A stretch of 64,000 nt of DNA from Synechococcus sp. (GTDB lineage: Bacteria; Cyanobacteriota; Cyanobacteriia; PCC-6307; Cyanobiaceae): the NCBI GenBank assembly GCA_047285535.1, contig JBJBDC010000001.1:2176136-2240135 (forward strand). Reading direction: 5' to 3'. The notes below the pieces were generated by a model. It was given only the letters and a program-made list of their open reading frames with translations. It had not been told where the DNA came from and did no database searches. Below are positions 1 through 11,088 of this stretch, in pieces (within the stretch, counting starts at the first letter, position 1; each line of letters begins with the position of its first letter). Both the position numbers and the translations under genes were made by a program.

Positions 1-351
1 TTGGAAGGCAGCACCGATCTGCCTATTAGTAGAGCTGGGATTACGGCTCGGGTTCACAAGCCAAACGAACCCGAACGACACATCGTTCATCCCCGCGATC
101 ATGGATGCTTCGGGAACGATCCCAAATGGGAAGCAGAGAAAACCTGGGCAGCTCAAGCCAAGGACGCACTTCAGGGGCTCGGGCCGCTGGCACGGTCTTT
201 GCGCTGGAATGCAGGCTGTTACTTCTGGATGAGCGGACTGAGCAAGAACCTGCAACAAGGTGTTGATGCTGCTCAGAGGATGCAGACCAATGGAGAGGGT
301 GCCGCCGTCTTAAGCCGACTGATCGAGTGGCGAACGTCAATGAGTGGGTGA
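1..351 (+). CDS. Anthranilate phosphoribosyltransferase-like (glycosyl transferase family 3/YbiB-like) protein, C-terminal part; 5' end outside window
   Basis: Open frame from window edge; 'EGSTDLPISRA...WNAGCYFW' resembles the C-terminus of cyanobacterial TrpD2/YbiB-like proteins. Confidence 0.6.
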   Translation: MEGSTDLPISRAGITARVHKPNEPERHIVHPRDHGCFGNDPKWEAEKTWAAQAKDALQGLGPLARSLRWNAGCYFWMSGLSKNLQQGVDAAQRMQTNGEGAAVLSRLIEWRTSMSG

Positions 352-376
352 ACGACTGGATCGTTCAGAAACGCGC

Positions 377-1558
377 CTTGACTCGACGATCCGACGTTCT
401 GCAGCGAATGGTTGACCCTGTTCCAAGACCGTCGCAGCGAAAACAATATTGTTCTCCTTCTGCCTTTTCTACTGGGGCTATTCAATCCCGATGGCGAAAC
501 CCGTGGGCTGCTCTCCAGAGGCTGTGCCATCAGTCAGTTTGCAGCGACTCCATTGCTTGGAGCTCTGAGTGATCGCATCAGAAGTCGTCCAGGAATCGCC
601 ATTTGTGTCGTTGGCTCAGTGCTGGCCTGCTGGCGCTTCACGACCCTCATTCTTCTCCTCGCGGCTCGCCTAATCAACGGAGTCAGCGACAGAACAGATT
701 TCACGTCAGGAGACGTGCAAGCCAATATCCCGCCACCGGACCAATGGGCACGGGCATTCAGTTTGTTCGGTTGGTAGTTAAGTCTTGGTTCTTGGACCAT
801 GACCGGAGGCAACATGAACGAATTGCTGTGATCGTTCCGCTCTCAGTGGCGACTATATAGCCATGCTCAATCTTGTCGTTGTGCTGACCTTGCTCCCTTA
901 GAGACATCTAGTGATAAAACGCCGATCCTTCCACGCAAACGAAGCTCAACCCCATTGGCTCAGATGTCGCGTTTCATGGGAAATCCAGCGATCGGTCGTC
1001 TGGTTTTGCGCTTCTTCCATTGCTGTCACACATTCAATGGCTTCACACCCATCCTTATGAGCTATTTCAAGCAACAATTCAACTCAACCCCAAACTTGCC
1101 TAAGCAGCATTTTTGATCGTTGGAGTAGTGACCACTTCTGTTCAAGGTGGATTGATCGGACGATTGATCGGACCTTGGGTCCAACCGTTTTGGGGGATCG
1201 AAACTCACCCTGATCGAGCTTGGGTTGGCATCATCGGTTGTTGACTTATCCCCGCAACGGATCCTGAACAAGCCGGGAGAGGAGTCTTGATCCGATTGGC
1301 AATTTTGGCGAGCAGAAGAAGTCTCATTACCACCAGCCGGCGAAGCCTCGTCTAAAGGGATCACAATGATGAAGGTCATGGCGCAGCCCTAAACAGGCTT
1401 CCAGCACCTCACAGTCTTGAACGTATTTAGGCCCCCCATTCAGTGATCTTGGCGAGGAGCGAATGGGTCCATCCAGTCCTTCCTTTGGAAGGGCAGTACT
1501 GCTTGTAGTGATGATGTATGTAGTGGTCAGCAGTCTTGTTGTGAGCACCACGACATGA
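377..1558 (+). pseudogene. Degraded MFS tetracycline/H+ antiporter-like efflux transporter
   Basis: Fragments in shifting frames: 'LLPFLL..QFAATPLLGALSDR', 'LAARLINGVS', 'RAFSLFG*', 'LNLVVVLTLLP', 'FNGFTPILMSYFKQQF', 'VQGGLIG', 'DEGHGAAL', 'YLGPP..SPSFGRAVLLVV'; several stops and frameshifts. Confidence 0.8.
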
Positions 1559-1614
1559 CACGACAGGCGATTGCTACCTTTTGTTGGAGAGCACCGGCTC
1601 TAAGAAGACTATTC

Positions 1615-3753
1615 ATGATCGGCACCATGCTTCCCGAGAATCTCTACATCAATCGGGAACTCAGTTGGATCGCCTTCAACAGTCGAGTATTAGCTCAAGC
1701 TCTTGACCACAGAACACAACTGTTGGAGCAGGCCAAATTCAGCGCCATTTTTAGCAATAATCTCGATGAATTTTTCATGGTGCGCGTTGCCTCCCTGAAG
1801 TCTCAGGTTGAGGCGGGCATCGACAAGACAAGTGAGGACGGACGCACCCCCCGCGAGCAGCTCCGCGACATTCGTTCTCAACTCTCACCTCTGCTGCAAG
1901 CCCAGCAAACGCATTTCCTCGACCATCTCCGCACAGAACTAGAAAACCATGGTGTTTTCCTTTTCAACTACGACCAACTGAACGAAGCGCAACGCCTCTG
2001 GGTAGATAACTTTTTCCAAACGGCAATCTTTCCAGTACTAACGCCCCTGGCGGTAGATCCTGCCCATCCATTTCCATTCGTCAGCAATCTCAGCCTCAAC
2101 GTGGCCGCCCTGATTCATGACCCAGACACCGGTCAACAGCAACTGGCACGTGTCAAGGTCCCACAGAAAATTCTGCCCCGCTTTGTTGCCATTCCAACCG
2201 ATCTTGGCAGCCATGAGTCCCATCTGCATACGGCAGTGCCTCTCGAACAGGTCATTGCCTTCAATCTCAGCCTGCTCTTTCCTGGCATGAGCATTGAAGG
2301 CCATTACTTTTTTCGTGTGACTCGGGATGCAGACCTAGAGCTCCGGGATCTTGAAGCGGACGATCTCATGATCGCCATCGAACAAGGCCTGCGCAAACGT
2401 CGGATGGGTGGAGAAGTCGTTCGCTTGGAAGTCGCCGACGACACCCCTCAAGACGTCATAGAGATGTTGATGGAAGGAATGTCGGTGATTGAAGATGACC
2501 TTTACAGAGTGAATGGACCTCTCGGGCTCGATGATCTCTTCGGCTTAATGAGCCTGCCGCTGCCACACCTAAAGAACGCAACCCATTCTGGCCAAACACC
2601 AGCCGCTCTAAGCCGTACTCAGAAGAGCCTGCTGGAAGATGGCTCGATCCACGAAGAAGAATTTGAGAGCATCTTCTCGGTGGTGCGGCGCCGCGATGTT
2701 CTCCTGCATCATCCCTACGATTTATTTTCCACCTCCGTAGAAGAATTCATTAATCAAGCGGCAGATGATCCCCTTGTCATGGGGATCAAGATGACCCTCT
2801 ATCGAACCTCCAAAGATTCTCCAATCATTGCGGCACTGATTCGTGCAGCAGAAAACGGCAAGCAGGTGATGGCCCTGGTGGAATTGAAGGCACGTTTTGA
2901 TGAGGACAACAACATTCAGTGGGCCAAGCATCTTGAACGTTCAGGCGTGCACGTGGTCTACGGCGTGATTGGCCTAAAGACACATACCAAGATCGTTTTA
3001 GTCGTTCGCAAAGAAAAAGAACGACTAAGGAGCTACGTGCATATCGGTACTGGCAACTACAACTCCAAAACGTCACGTCTTTACACCGATCTGGGTCTGC
3101 TGTCAGCAAGACCGGAGCTCGGCCAAGATCTTGTTGAGTTGTTTAACTACCTAACCGGCTTTTCAAAACAACAAAGCTTTCGAAAGTTACTCGTGGCTCC
3201 AGTCTCCTTAAGGAAAGGAATGGAGGCATTGATCTGCCGTGAAATAGAACATGCTCGACAGGGGCGATGCGGATTGATTAAAGCAAAAATGAATTCCTTA
3301 GTAGATCCTGGAATCATTGGACTTCTCTATGAAGCATCTCAAGCCGGAGTCCAAATTCAATTAATTGTCAGGGGAATGTGCAGCCTGTATCCAGGACTGG
3401 AAGGCATCAGTGACAACATCAAGGTGATCAGCATCATTGGCCGCTTCCTGGAACATTCTCGTATTTTCTGGTTTAACAACGCCGGCATGCCAGAAGTCTT
3501 CATCGGTAGTGCTGACTTAATGCCGCGCAATCTCGACAGACGCGTCGAAGCTGTTGCCCCAATCGAAGATCCAGAATTAAGAGCGCAGCTCGAACGCCTA
3601 CTGGAGTGCTATTTAACCGACAATCGAGGTGCATGGGATATGCAAAGCGACGGTACCTTTATTCAGCGCCAGCCCAATGGTGAGATACGCGACTCCCAAC
3701 TGCAACTAATTGACAACTGGAAAGGGAGCGCACTACTTCAACTAAATCAATGA
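1615..3753 (+). CDS. ppk1: Polyphosphate kinase 1
   Basis: YINRELSW, NLDEFFMVRVA, HHPY, KTHTK, HIGTGNYN, FLEHSR, GSADLMPRNLDRRVE motifs; start set at ATG 1615 (ORF extends to 1555). Confidence 0.97.
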   Translation: MIGTMLPENLYINRELSWIAFNSRVLAQALDHRTQLLEQAKFSAIFSNNLDEFFMVRVASLKSQVEAGIDKTSEDGRTPREQLRDIRSQLSPLLQAQQTHFLDHLRTELENHGVFLFNYDQLNEAQRLWVDNFFQTAIFPVLTPLAVDPAHPFPFVSNLSLNVAALIHDPDTGQQQLARVKVPQKILPRFVAIPTDLGSHESHLHTAVPLEQVIAFNLSLLFPGMSIEGHYFFRVTRDADLELRDLEADDLMIAIEQGLRKRRMGGEVVRLEVADDTPQDVIEMLMEGMSVIEDDLYRVNGPLGLDDLFGLMSLPLPHLKNATHSGQTPAALSRTQKSLLEDGSIHEEEFESIFSVVRRRDVLLHHPYDLFSTSVEEFINQAADDPLVMGIKMTLYRTSKDSPIIAALIRAAENGKQVMALVELKARFDEDNNIQWAKHLERSGVHVVYGVIGLKTHTKIVLVVRKEKERLRSYVHIGTGNYNSKTSRLYTDLGLLSARPELGQDLVELFNYLTGFSKQQSFRKLLVAPVSLRKGMEALICREIEHARQGRCGLIKAKMNSLVDPGIIGLLYEASQAGVQIQLIVRGMCSLYPGLEGISDNIKVISIIGRFLEHSRIFWFNNAGMPEVFIGSADLMPRNLDRRVEAVAPIEDPELRAQLERLLECYLTDNRGAWDMQSDGTFIQRQPNGEIRDSQLQLIDNWKGSALLQLNQ

Positions 3754-3924
3754 AGATTAATCAAGACTCATAAAAGCTTACAGGGGAAAAGATCCTTCAC
3801 GCCAGTAGCTTTTGAGACGGCTTTGAGCTCAAAACAACCACTTACCGAAAAACTTCAGGATTGCATCCACTCTTCAGTCTTACAGGTGCTAAATTGCGCC
3901 AAAATTCATCAGGAGACCAGGGTG

Positions 3925-4947
3925 ATGGGGATCCCTCTGGAGTCCAAAGAAGCTGCTGTCACTGGCACTTCCAAGGAACCTTTGTTGCCGTCGTCCAATC
4001 GACGGGATGCGGTCAAATCTTCACGTGGCTCGACTTCTAATCGAGGCAATCGTCAAACTGGTCGTCTTGCGACTGATTCCATTGGTCACTACTTAAGCAG
4101 TATTGGACGAGTCCCTTTACTGACAGCTGCTGAAGAGATTGAGCTTGCACATCACGTGCAAGCCATGAAGGAATTACTAGACCTTTCGGAAGAAGATCGC
4201 TCTCCTAAGCAGCGTCACAGAATACGAATGGGAAAGAGGGCAAGAGATCGGATGATGGCTGCCAACCTCAGACTCGTTGTGAGTGTTGCTAAAAAATATC
4301 AGAATCAAGGTCTTGAACTTCTCGACCTCGTTCAAGAAGGTGCCATCGGACTCGAACGTGCGGTCGACAAATTTGACCCAGCCATGGGATATAAATTCTC
4401 GACATACGCCTACTGGTGGATTCGTCAAGGCATGACACGTGCGATCGACAATAGTGCTCGCACGATTCGCCTACCGATTCACATCAGCGAAAAACTTTCG
4501 AAGATGAGAAAGATCACACGAGAGCTTTCTCATCGTTTTGGACGCCAACCGAACCGTTTGGAGTTAGCCCATGCCATGGGCATTGAACCAAGAGACTTAG
4601 AAGAGCTCATCGCTCAAAGTGCTCCTTGTGCATCACTCGATGCTCACGCCCGTGGAGAAGAAGATCGAAGCACATTAGGTGAACTCATCCCCGATCCCAA
4701 CGGAGATGAACCGATGGAAGGCATGGACCGAAGCATCCAGAAGGAACACTTGGGAGGCTGGCTATCCCAGCTCAATGAACGCGAACAAAAGATCCTGCGA
4801 TTACGTTTTGGTCTTGGCGGCGAAGAACCGCTCACCCTTGCCGAAATTGGTCGTCAAATCAACGTATCCCGAGAGCGCGTACGCCAACTTGAGTCAAAAG
4901 CAATTTTGAAATTACGCACGATGACCAATCATCAGCAGGCTGCTTGA
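3925..4947 (+). CDS. RNA polymerase sigma factor, RpoD/SigA family (group 2 type)
   Basis: ANLRLVVSVAKKY, DLVQEG, GYKFSTYAYWWIRQ, SRERVRQLE; AGGAG RBS at 3911-3915. Confidence 0.93.
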   Translation: MGIPLESKEAAVTGTSKEPLLPSSNRRDAVKSSRGSTSNRGNRQTGRLATDSIGHYLSSIGRVPLLTAAEEIELAHHVQAMKELLDLSEEDRSPKQRHRIRMGKRARDRMMAANLRLVVSVAKKYQNQGLELLDLVQEGAIGLERAVDKFDPAMGYKFSTYAYWWIRQGMTRAIDNSARTIRLPIHISEKLSKMRKITRELSHRFGRQPNRLELAHAMGIEPRDLEELIAQSAPCASLDAHARGEEDRSTLGELIPDPNGDEPMEGMDRSIQKEHLGGWLSQLNEREQKILRLRFGLGGEEPLTLAEIGRQINVSRERVRQLESKAILKLRTMTNHQQAA

Positions 4948-4954
4948 TTCGTTC

Positions 4955-5602
4955 TTGCCACTAAAATCTCTGCTGCTCATCGCCCTCTGGATGACCTTTG
5001 TTCTGGGCAGTTCATTGGTTTGCAGGAAATACTGGCCAAGTCAACGCGAGTTAAGTCGCAAGATTGTTCATATCGGCAGTGGTCCGGTCCTACCTCTCGC
5101 CTGGTTCCTCAATATTCCAGCAGTGATGGCGATTCCTTCTGCCTTAGTGATCACTCTCTTCGCCTTCATGAATCACCGTTGGAAACTTCTGCCTGCACTG
5201 GAAGATGTGGATCGAGAGAGTTATGGAACCGTTGCTTATGGAATTGCGATTTGTTTGCTATTAATCCTGTACTGGCCTGATCATGCAGCCGCGGCCTGCG
5301 CTGGAGTCATGGTGATGGCTTTTGGCGATGGAATGGCCGGCCTGGTTGGACCAGCCATTCCATCTGCTAGTTGGATGATCTGCCAACAGCGCAAATCTGT
5401 GATTGGCACAACAACCATGGCAGTAACAAGTGCAGCCGTTTTGTTCGCTCTAGTGCTACTGACCCAAAGTCCAATCGATCCAGTTCGACTCTTCGTTGTC
5501 TGCACACTGGCAGTCGGACTGGAGCAATTCAGCCACTGGGGAATTGACAACCTCACGGTGCCCCTTGGTGTGGCCATGAGTTGGACTTGGATGACTGCTT
5601 GA
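4955..5602 (+). CDS. Dolichol/phytol kinase family membrane protein
   Basis: ELSRKIVHIG, GDGMAGLVG, KSVIGT, IDNLTVP motifs; hydrophobic. Confidence 0.85.
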   Translation: MPLKSLLLIALWMTFVLGSSLVCRKYWPSQRELSRKIVHIGSGPVLPLAWFLNIPAVMAIPSALVITLFAFMNHRWKLLPALEDVDRESYGTVAYGIAICLLLILYWPDHAAAACAGVMVMAFGDGMAGLVGPAIPSASWMICQQRKSVIGTTTMAVTSAAVLFALVLLTQSPIDPVRLFVVCTLAVGLEQFSHWGIDNLTVPLGVAMSWTWMTA

Positions 5603-5623
5603 TCAACGCCTAAGTGCTGCGAC

Positions 5624-6682
5624 TTAGCTGAACCTCGCCTTGGCAACTGAAGCAGCCAGTTCCTCTAAAAGCTCAGCAGTAGTTTCAATGCTGATGCATG
5701 CATCAGTCACGCTTTGCCCATAAGTCAGCGAAGTTCGATCCGCAGACAACTTTTGGTTGCCTTCCACAAGATGACTTTCAATCATCACACCCATGACGTG
5801 ATCTGATTTTTGGTCCACCTGCGCTGCTACGGCCTTAAGGACCTCACTCTGACGGCGATAGTCCTTATTGGAATTCCCGTGGCTGCAATCCACCATCAAG
5901 CGATCAGGCAGACCAGCACCTTTCAATTCAGCAGCAGAATCCCGAATTGCTTCCAAGTGGTAATTGGTGCCTCGATTTCCACCACGTAGAACCAAATGTC
6001 CATCGGGATTGCCAGTTGTACTAACAATTGAGGCGTGACCTTCCCGATTGATTCCAAGAAAATGGTGGGGCTTCGATGCGGCCTGCATCGCATTAATGGC
6101 AATCGTGGCGCTGCCATCAGTGCTGTTTTTGTAGCCAATGGGCATTGACAACCCTGAGGCCATTTCACGATGGGTTTGACTTTCGGTGGTCCGTGCACCA
6201 ATCGCGGTCCAACTGATTAAATCCGCAATGTATTGAGGGACAACAGGATCCAACAACTCTGTAGCCGTGGGCATACCTTCTCGAGCTAAATCAAGCAAAA
6301 TTGATCTAGCCATCCTTAGCCCCGTATTGATGTCGTAAGAGCCATCGAGATGGGGATCGTTAATCAGCCCCTTCCATCCCACGGTGGTGCGCGGTTTTTC
6401 GAAATACACCCGCATCACAATCTCCAGTTCGGCAGCGTGATGCTCACGCAATGACGCCAAACGACCGGCATAGTCTCGCGCCGCCTCTACGTCGTGCACA
6501 GAACAAGGCCCCACAATCACCAAAAGGCGACGGTCGAGTCCGCGCAGAATGGCCTGAATGCGGCTGCGAGCAGAAGCAACTGTTTCTAGGGCCTTTGGAT
6601 CGATTGGCAGATCTCTATGCAATAGCGCAGGAGGGATCAGTGGTCGTGTGTCCACCACATGAAGATCGTGGGTGGTGGTCAT
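5624..6682 (-). CDS. aroG: 3-deoxy-7-phosphoheptulonate (DAHP) synthase, class I
   Basis: GPCSVHD, MRVYFEKPRTTVGWKG, IGARTTESQTHR, DCSHGNS motifs. Confidence 0.95.
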   Translation of the reverse strand: MTTTHDLHVVDTRPLIPPALLHRDLPIDPKALETVASARSRIQAILRGLDRRLLVIVGPCSVHDVEAARDYAGRLASLREHHAAELEIVMRVYFEKPRTTVGWKGLINDPHLDGSYDINTGLRMARSILLDLAREGMPTATELLDPVVPQYIADLISWTAIGARTTESQTHREMASGLSMPIGYKNSTDGSATIAINAMQAASKPHHFLGINREGHASIVSTTGNPDGHLVLRGGNRGTNYHLEAIRDSAAELKGAGLPDRLMVDCSHGNSNKDYRRQSEVLKAVAAQVDQKSDHVMGVMIESHLVEGNQKLSADRTSLTYGQSVTDACISIETTAELLEELAASVAKARFS

Positions 6683-6796
6683 GCCATGGCCTGAAATTCA
6701 GACCAGATTACGCAAGGCAATCCAACGGACCAAACAAGAGGATGGAACGCTGACCAACAACAATGGTGTGTATCGCTGTTTGCACCGCCACAACCG

Positions 6797-9379
6797 ATGC
6801 TGAGCACCTATCGCGAGAACGCCAAGGAACGGGAAAACCAGGGCATCCCGCCGCTTCCTCTTGATGCCGCTCAGACCCAGGCCTTAACGGAACTTCTGCA
6901 GAAGCCACCAGCGGGGGAGGAGCAGACCTTGCTGCACCTCTTAACTGAGCGCATTCCTCCCGGCGTGGATGAAGCGGCCTACGTCAAAGCAACCTGGTTG
7001 AGTGCAGTCGCCCAAGGCAAAGCGTCCAGTCCATTGGTAACCCCATTGGAGGCGGTTCGCCTGCTTGGAACCATGGTGGGTGGGTACAACGTGGCCGCAC
7101 TGATCGAACTTCTGAAGCATCCGGACGAGGCGCTTGCAAGCTGTGCCGTTCAAGGGCTGAGCAGCACCCTCTTGGTCTACGACGCTTTCAATGATGTGAT
7201 GGAGCTGGCCGCCAGTAACCGATACGCCAAACAGGTTGTTGATAGCTGGGCTGCAGCTGAATGGTTTACAAGGCGGGATCCCCTCGCACAAGAAATCACC
7301 GTCACTGTCTTCAAGGTTGATGGCGAAACCAACACAGACGACCTATCCCCAGCCACTCATGCGACCACGCGTCCAGACATCCCTTTGCATGCACTGGCGA
7401 TGTTGGAAACCCGTGATCCAGAGGGACTCAACACCATCGAAACCCTGAAGAAGCAAGGTCATCCCGTTGCCTATGTGGGCGATGTGGTCGGAACTGGAAG
7501 CTCTCGAAAAAGCGCGATCAACTCTGTGCTCTGGCAAACCGGTAATGACATCCCCCACGTGCCCAACAAACGCGCCGGCGGAGTGATCATTGGCGGCAAG
7601 ATTGCGCCAATCTTTTTCAACACCGCCGAAGATTCAGGCGCCCTACCGATTGAGTGCGATGTCAGCGATCTGAACACCGGGGATCTGATCACGATTCGCC
7701 CTTACGACGGCACGATCGAACGCGATGGCGCGGTGATCAGCCGATTTGAACTCAAGCCGAGCACGATCAGCGATGAAGTGCGTGCTGGCGGACGCATCCC
7801 ACTGATGATTGGCCGCGCTCTCACCGACAAGGTGCGCAGCCAACTTGGACTCTCCCCCTCTGAAACGTTCATCAGGCCTAGCGCTCCTGCCGACACGGGC
7901 AAAGGCTTCACCCTGGCTCAAAAGATGGTGGGTAAAGCCTGCGGTCTTCCAGGCGTTCGTCCCGGCACCAGCTGTGAACCGCTGATGACCACCGTTGGCA
8001 GTCAAGACACCACTGGGCCCATGACCCGGGACGAAATGAAGGAGTTGGCCTGTCTGGGATTTTCCGCCGATTTGGTGATGCAGAGCTTCTGCCATACCGC
8101 TGCTTACCCCAAACCAGTGGACCTGCAGACCCAGAAGGAGCTGCCTGATTTCTTTGCCCAACGCGGCGGTGTCGCCCTACGCCCCGGTGACGGCATCATC
8201 CACAGCTGGCTAAATCGCATGCTGTTGCCCGACACCGTGGGCACAGGGGGTGACAGTCATACCCGTTTCCCACTCGGCATTTCCTTCCCAGGGGGTTCCG
8301 GGGTGGTGGCTTTTGCTGCAGCGATAGGGGCGATGCCACTTGACATGCCCGAATCAGTGCTGATCCGATTCAGCGGCTCTCTTCAATCGGGGGTCACACT
8401 CCGTGATGTCGTGAATGCAATCCCCTGGGTCGCAATCCAAAAGGGCCTGCTCACCGTGGAAAAAGCCAACAAGAAGAACGTCTTCAATGGCCGGATCATG
8501 GAAATTGAAGGGTTACCAGATCTGAAACTGGAACAGGCCTTCGAGCTCACGGACGCCACGGCCGAACGCTCCTGCGCCGGTTGCACGATCAAACTCTCCG
8601 AAAGCACGGTGAGTGAATATCTGAGCAGCAATGTTGCCCTGCTCAAAAACATGATTGCGCGCGGCTACAGCGATGCCCGCACCCTGGCGCGACGGATCAA
8701 GGTGATGGAGGACTGGCTGGCCAACCCCCAACTCCTTCAAGCCGATGACGACGCTGAATACGCCGAAGTGATTGAGATCAATCTGGATGAGCTCACCGAG
8801 CCCGTCCTCGCCTGCCCGAACGATCCCGACAACGTCAAACTGCTCAGCGAAGTGGCGGGCGAAGCCATTCAAGAGGTCTTCATCGGCTCTTGCATGACCA
8901 ACATCGGCCACTACCGCGCCGCGGCCAAAGTGCTCGAAGAGGCCGGCGACATTGCTGCCAGGCTCTGGGTTTGTCCGCCCACACGCATGGATGAGGACAT
9001 GCTCAAGCAAGAGGGCTACTACGCCACCTTTGAAGCAGCCGGCAGCCGCATGGAAATGCCAGGCTGCTCGCTCTGCATGGGCAATCAAGCCCGGGTCGGT
9101 GACAACACCAACGTGTTCTCCACCAGCACCCGCAACTTCAACAACCGGCTGGGCAAAGGCGCACAGGTCTTCCTGGGCAGTGCCGAATTAGCCGCTGTCT
9201 GCGCCCTGCTTGGGCGCATTCCCACACCGGATGAATACCAACGGATCGCCGCTGAAAAAATCGACCCACTCTCCGCAGAGCTCTACCGCTATCTCAACTT
9301 CGATCAGATCGATCACTTCGTTGAACAGGGACAGGTGCTGAGCGCTTCGGAACAAGCGGAGGTCATGGCCGGCGCCTAA
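6797..9379 (+). CDS. acnB: Aconitate hydratase B
   Basis: [54 protein letters not shown]. Confidence 0.97.
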   Translation: MLSTYRENAKERENQGIPPLPLDAAQTQALTELLQKPPAGEEQTLLHLLTERIPPGVDEAAYVKATWLSAVAQGKASSPLVTPLEAVRLLGTMVGGYNVAALIELLKHPDEALASCAVQGLSSTLLVYDAFNDVMELAASNRYAKQVVDSWAAAEWFTRRDPLAQEITVTVFKVDGETNTDDLSPATHATTRPDIPLHALAMLETRDPEGLNTIETLKKQGHPVAYVGDVVGTGSSRKSAINSVLWQTGNDIPHVPNKRAGGVIIGGKIAPIFFNTAEDSGALPIECDVSDLNTGDLITIRPYDGTIERDGAVISRFELKPSTISDEVRAGGRIPLMIGRALTDKVRSQLGLSPSETFIRPSAPADTGKGFTLAQKMVGKACGLPGVRPGTSCEPLMTTVGSQDTTGPMTRDEMKELACLGFSADLVMQSFCHTAAYPKPVDLQTQKELPDFFAQRGGVALRPGDGIIHSWLNRMLLPDTVGTGGDSHTRFPLGISFPGGSGVVAFAAAIGAMPLDMPESVLIRFSGSLQSGVTLRDVVNAIPWVAIQKGLLTVEKANKKNVFNGRIMEIEGLPDLKLEQAFELTDATAERSCAGCTIKLSESTVSEYLSSNVALLKNMIARGYSDARTLARRIKVMEDWLANPQLLQADDDAEYAEVIEINLDELTEPVLACPNDPDNVKLLSEVAGEAIQEVFIGSCMTNIGHYRAAAKVLEEAGDIAARLWVCPPTRMDEDMLKQEGYYATFEAAGSRMEMPGCSLCMGNQARVGDNTNVFSTSTRNFNNRLGKGAQVFLGSAELAAVCALLGRIPTPDEYQRIAAEKIDPLSAELYRYLNFDQIDHFVEQGQVLSASEQAEVMAGA

Positions 9380-9398
9380 CAACCATCCGCGCAAAGCC

Positions 9399-10808
9399 AT
9401 GAATGCCTTAAGCGAACTAAAAGCAAAACGAGATCAGTTGGGGTCGAGTCGGAGCATCCGCCGGCTGCTTGAACGCCGCTGGCTAGTGGTCGTGCTCGCC
9501 TTGATGCTCACGGGGCTTGGCGCAGCGCTCACTGGAGTGATGTTCAAGGTGGGCATCAAGGCTTTAGGCACCTGGCGCCTGGAACTACTGGCAGACCTTC
9601 CCGCATGGGCTGTTCTGCCTGGATTAGGCGCAACGGGCGGTTTGGTGTCCGGATTGCTGGTCTCCCGGCTCGCACCAGCCGCAGGAGGTTCAGGAATCAC
9701 CCACATCATGGGCTTCTTGAAACATCGGGCCGTACCGATGGGGCTCAATGTGGGCTTGGTCAAACTGATGGCTGGAATTGTCGCGATCGGCAGTGGCTTC
9801 CCGTTGGGACCAGAAGGTCCCGCCGTTCAGATGGGGGGCTCGGTGGCCTGGCAGATGGCTCGATGGTTGAAAGCACCCGTTGCGTTTCGCCGGGTGATTG
9901 TGGCGGCAGGTGGTGGTGCAGGAATTGCCGCTGTCTTTCACGCCCCCATTGGCGGATTTTTCTACGCCATTGAGGAGCTTCTCCATTCCGCACGGCCAGT
10001 GGTGTTGCTTCTGGTGATCGTCACAACCTTCTGGGCCGACGCCTGGGCTGATGTCTTGGGACTAGCGGGTTTAAGCACGGGTGGCGGCGGGCTGGACACA
10101 GCCCTTGGGTTCCAGCTGGAGAAGGAATACGAGCCCTTGGTGAGTTTTCTGCCCATCGATCTGGGCTACCTGATCGGCTTGGGTGTGGTGGTGGGGGTCT
10201 TAGCCGAGCTGTATTGCCGCTATGTCCTTGCAATGCAGAAACAAGGTCATCGATGGTTCGGCAACCGCCTCGTTCTGCGTATGGTGATCAGCGGCGCCGT
10301 CTTAGGTGCCGTCTATGCATGTCTACCCTCCGATTTTCATAACTTAGAAGGCTTACAACACCTCATCGCTGATGGGAAGGCTGATATTCCGATGGCACTA
10401 GGCACGTTTGTTGTGCTCTTTTTCAGCACTGGATTGGCCGCCGCATCAGGAGCCCCTGGGGGCCTATTTGCCCCCATGCTGACGCTCGGTGGAGCCATCG
10501 GCCTCGCCTGTGGGATCTGGGTGGAAGCACTCACCGGCCACGTTCCAAGCACCTATGTCTTTGCTGGGATGGGAGCCTTTGTAGCTAGCTGTTCACGCAC
10601 CCCTATCACAGCGATGTTTTTGGCCTTCGCCCTAACGAAAGATTTGCTTGTTTTAAAACCTATCCTGGTCGCTTGCTTAGCGAGTTTTCTGATCGCACGC
10701 TTATTTGATCACCGCTCGATCTATGAGCGACAAATGGAACTGGGATTACTAGCAGAAGATCAACTCCAATCCCAAACAGAAACTCGAGGAGGAGTTCACC
10801 ATGAATAG
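9399..10808 (+). CDS. clcA: ClC family H+/Cl- exchange transporter
   Basis: ClC signatures GSGI, GPEGP, GGLFAP; many transmembrane segments. Confidence 0.9.
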   Translation: MNALSELKAKRDQLGSSRSIRRLLERRWLVVVLALMLTGLGAALTGVMFKVGIKALGTWRLELLADLPAWAVLPGLGATGGLVSGLLVSRLAPAAGGSGITHIMGFLKHRAVPMGLNVGLVKLMAGIVAIGSGFPLGPEGPAVQMGGSVAWQMARWLKAPVAFRRVIVAAGGGAGIAAVFHAPIGGFFYAIEELLHSARPVVLLLVIVTTFWADAWADVLGLAGLSTGGGGLDTALGFQLEKEYEPLVSFLPIDLGYLIGLGVVVGVLAELYCRYVLAMQKQGHRWFGNRLVLRMVISGAVLGAVYACLPSDFHNLEGLQHLIADGKADIPMALGTFVVLFFSTGLAAASGAPGGLFAPMLTLGGAIGLACGIWVEALTGHVPSTYVFAGMGAFVASCSRTPITAMFLAFALTKDLLVLKPILVACLASFLIARLFDHRSIYERQMELGLLAEDQLQSQTETRGGVHHE

Positions 10809-11088
10809 GATCGCTCGATTCAAGGCCAGGCATTTCAAAAACCAAAGCCCAAAACAGCAAAACCAAGCCACGAAGAGCGAGCATTGACTTTGCAAAGTCA
10901 GCAGAGCCTCCCCTAATAGATCAAGACTGATTATTACGTAGCAGCACTGCATCAAAAGCCCTTAACCACCAAGACACCGAAGCAGAACACAGAAGAGATT
11001 GACTAAGTAGCTTTAACTCAAATATAAAGAAATTAGCCACATAAGTCCTACCCATGCAAAGCTTTGCTAATTGCAGTATTGATCCACA

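Noticed and set aside
1062..1551. Minus-strand ORFs of 105 and 74 aa
   Set aside because: Antisense to the MFS pseudogene, with no recognisable motifs
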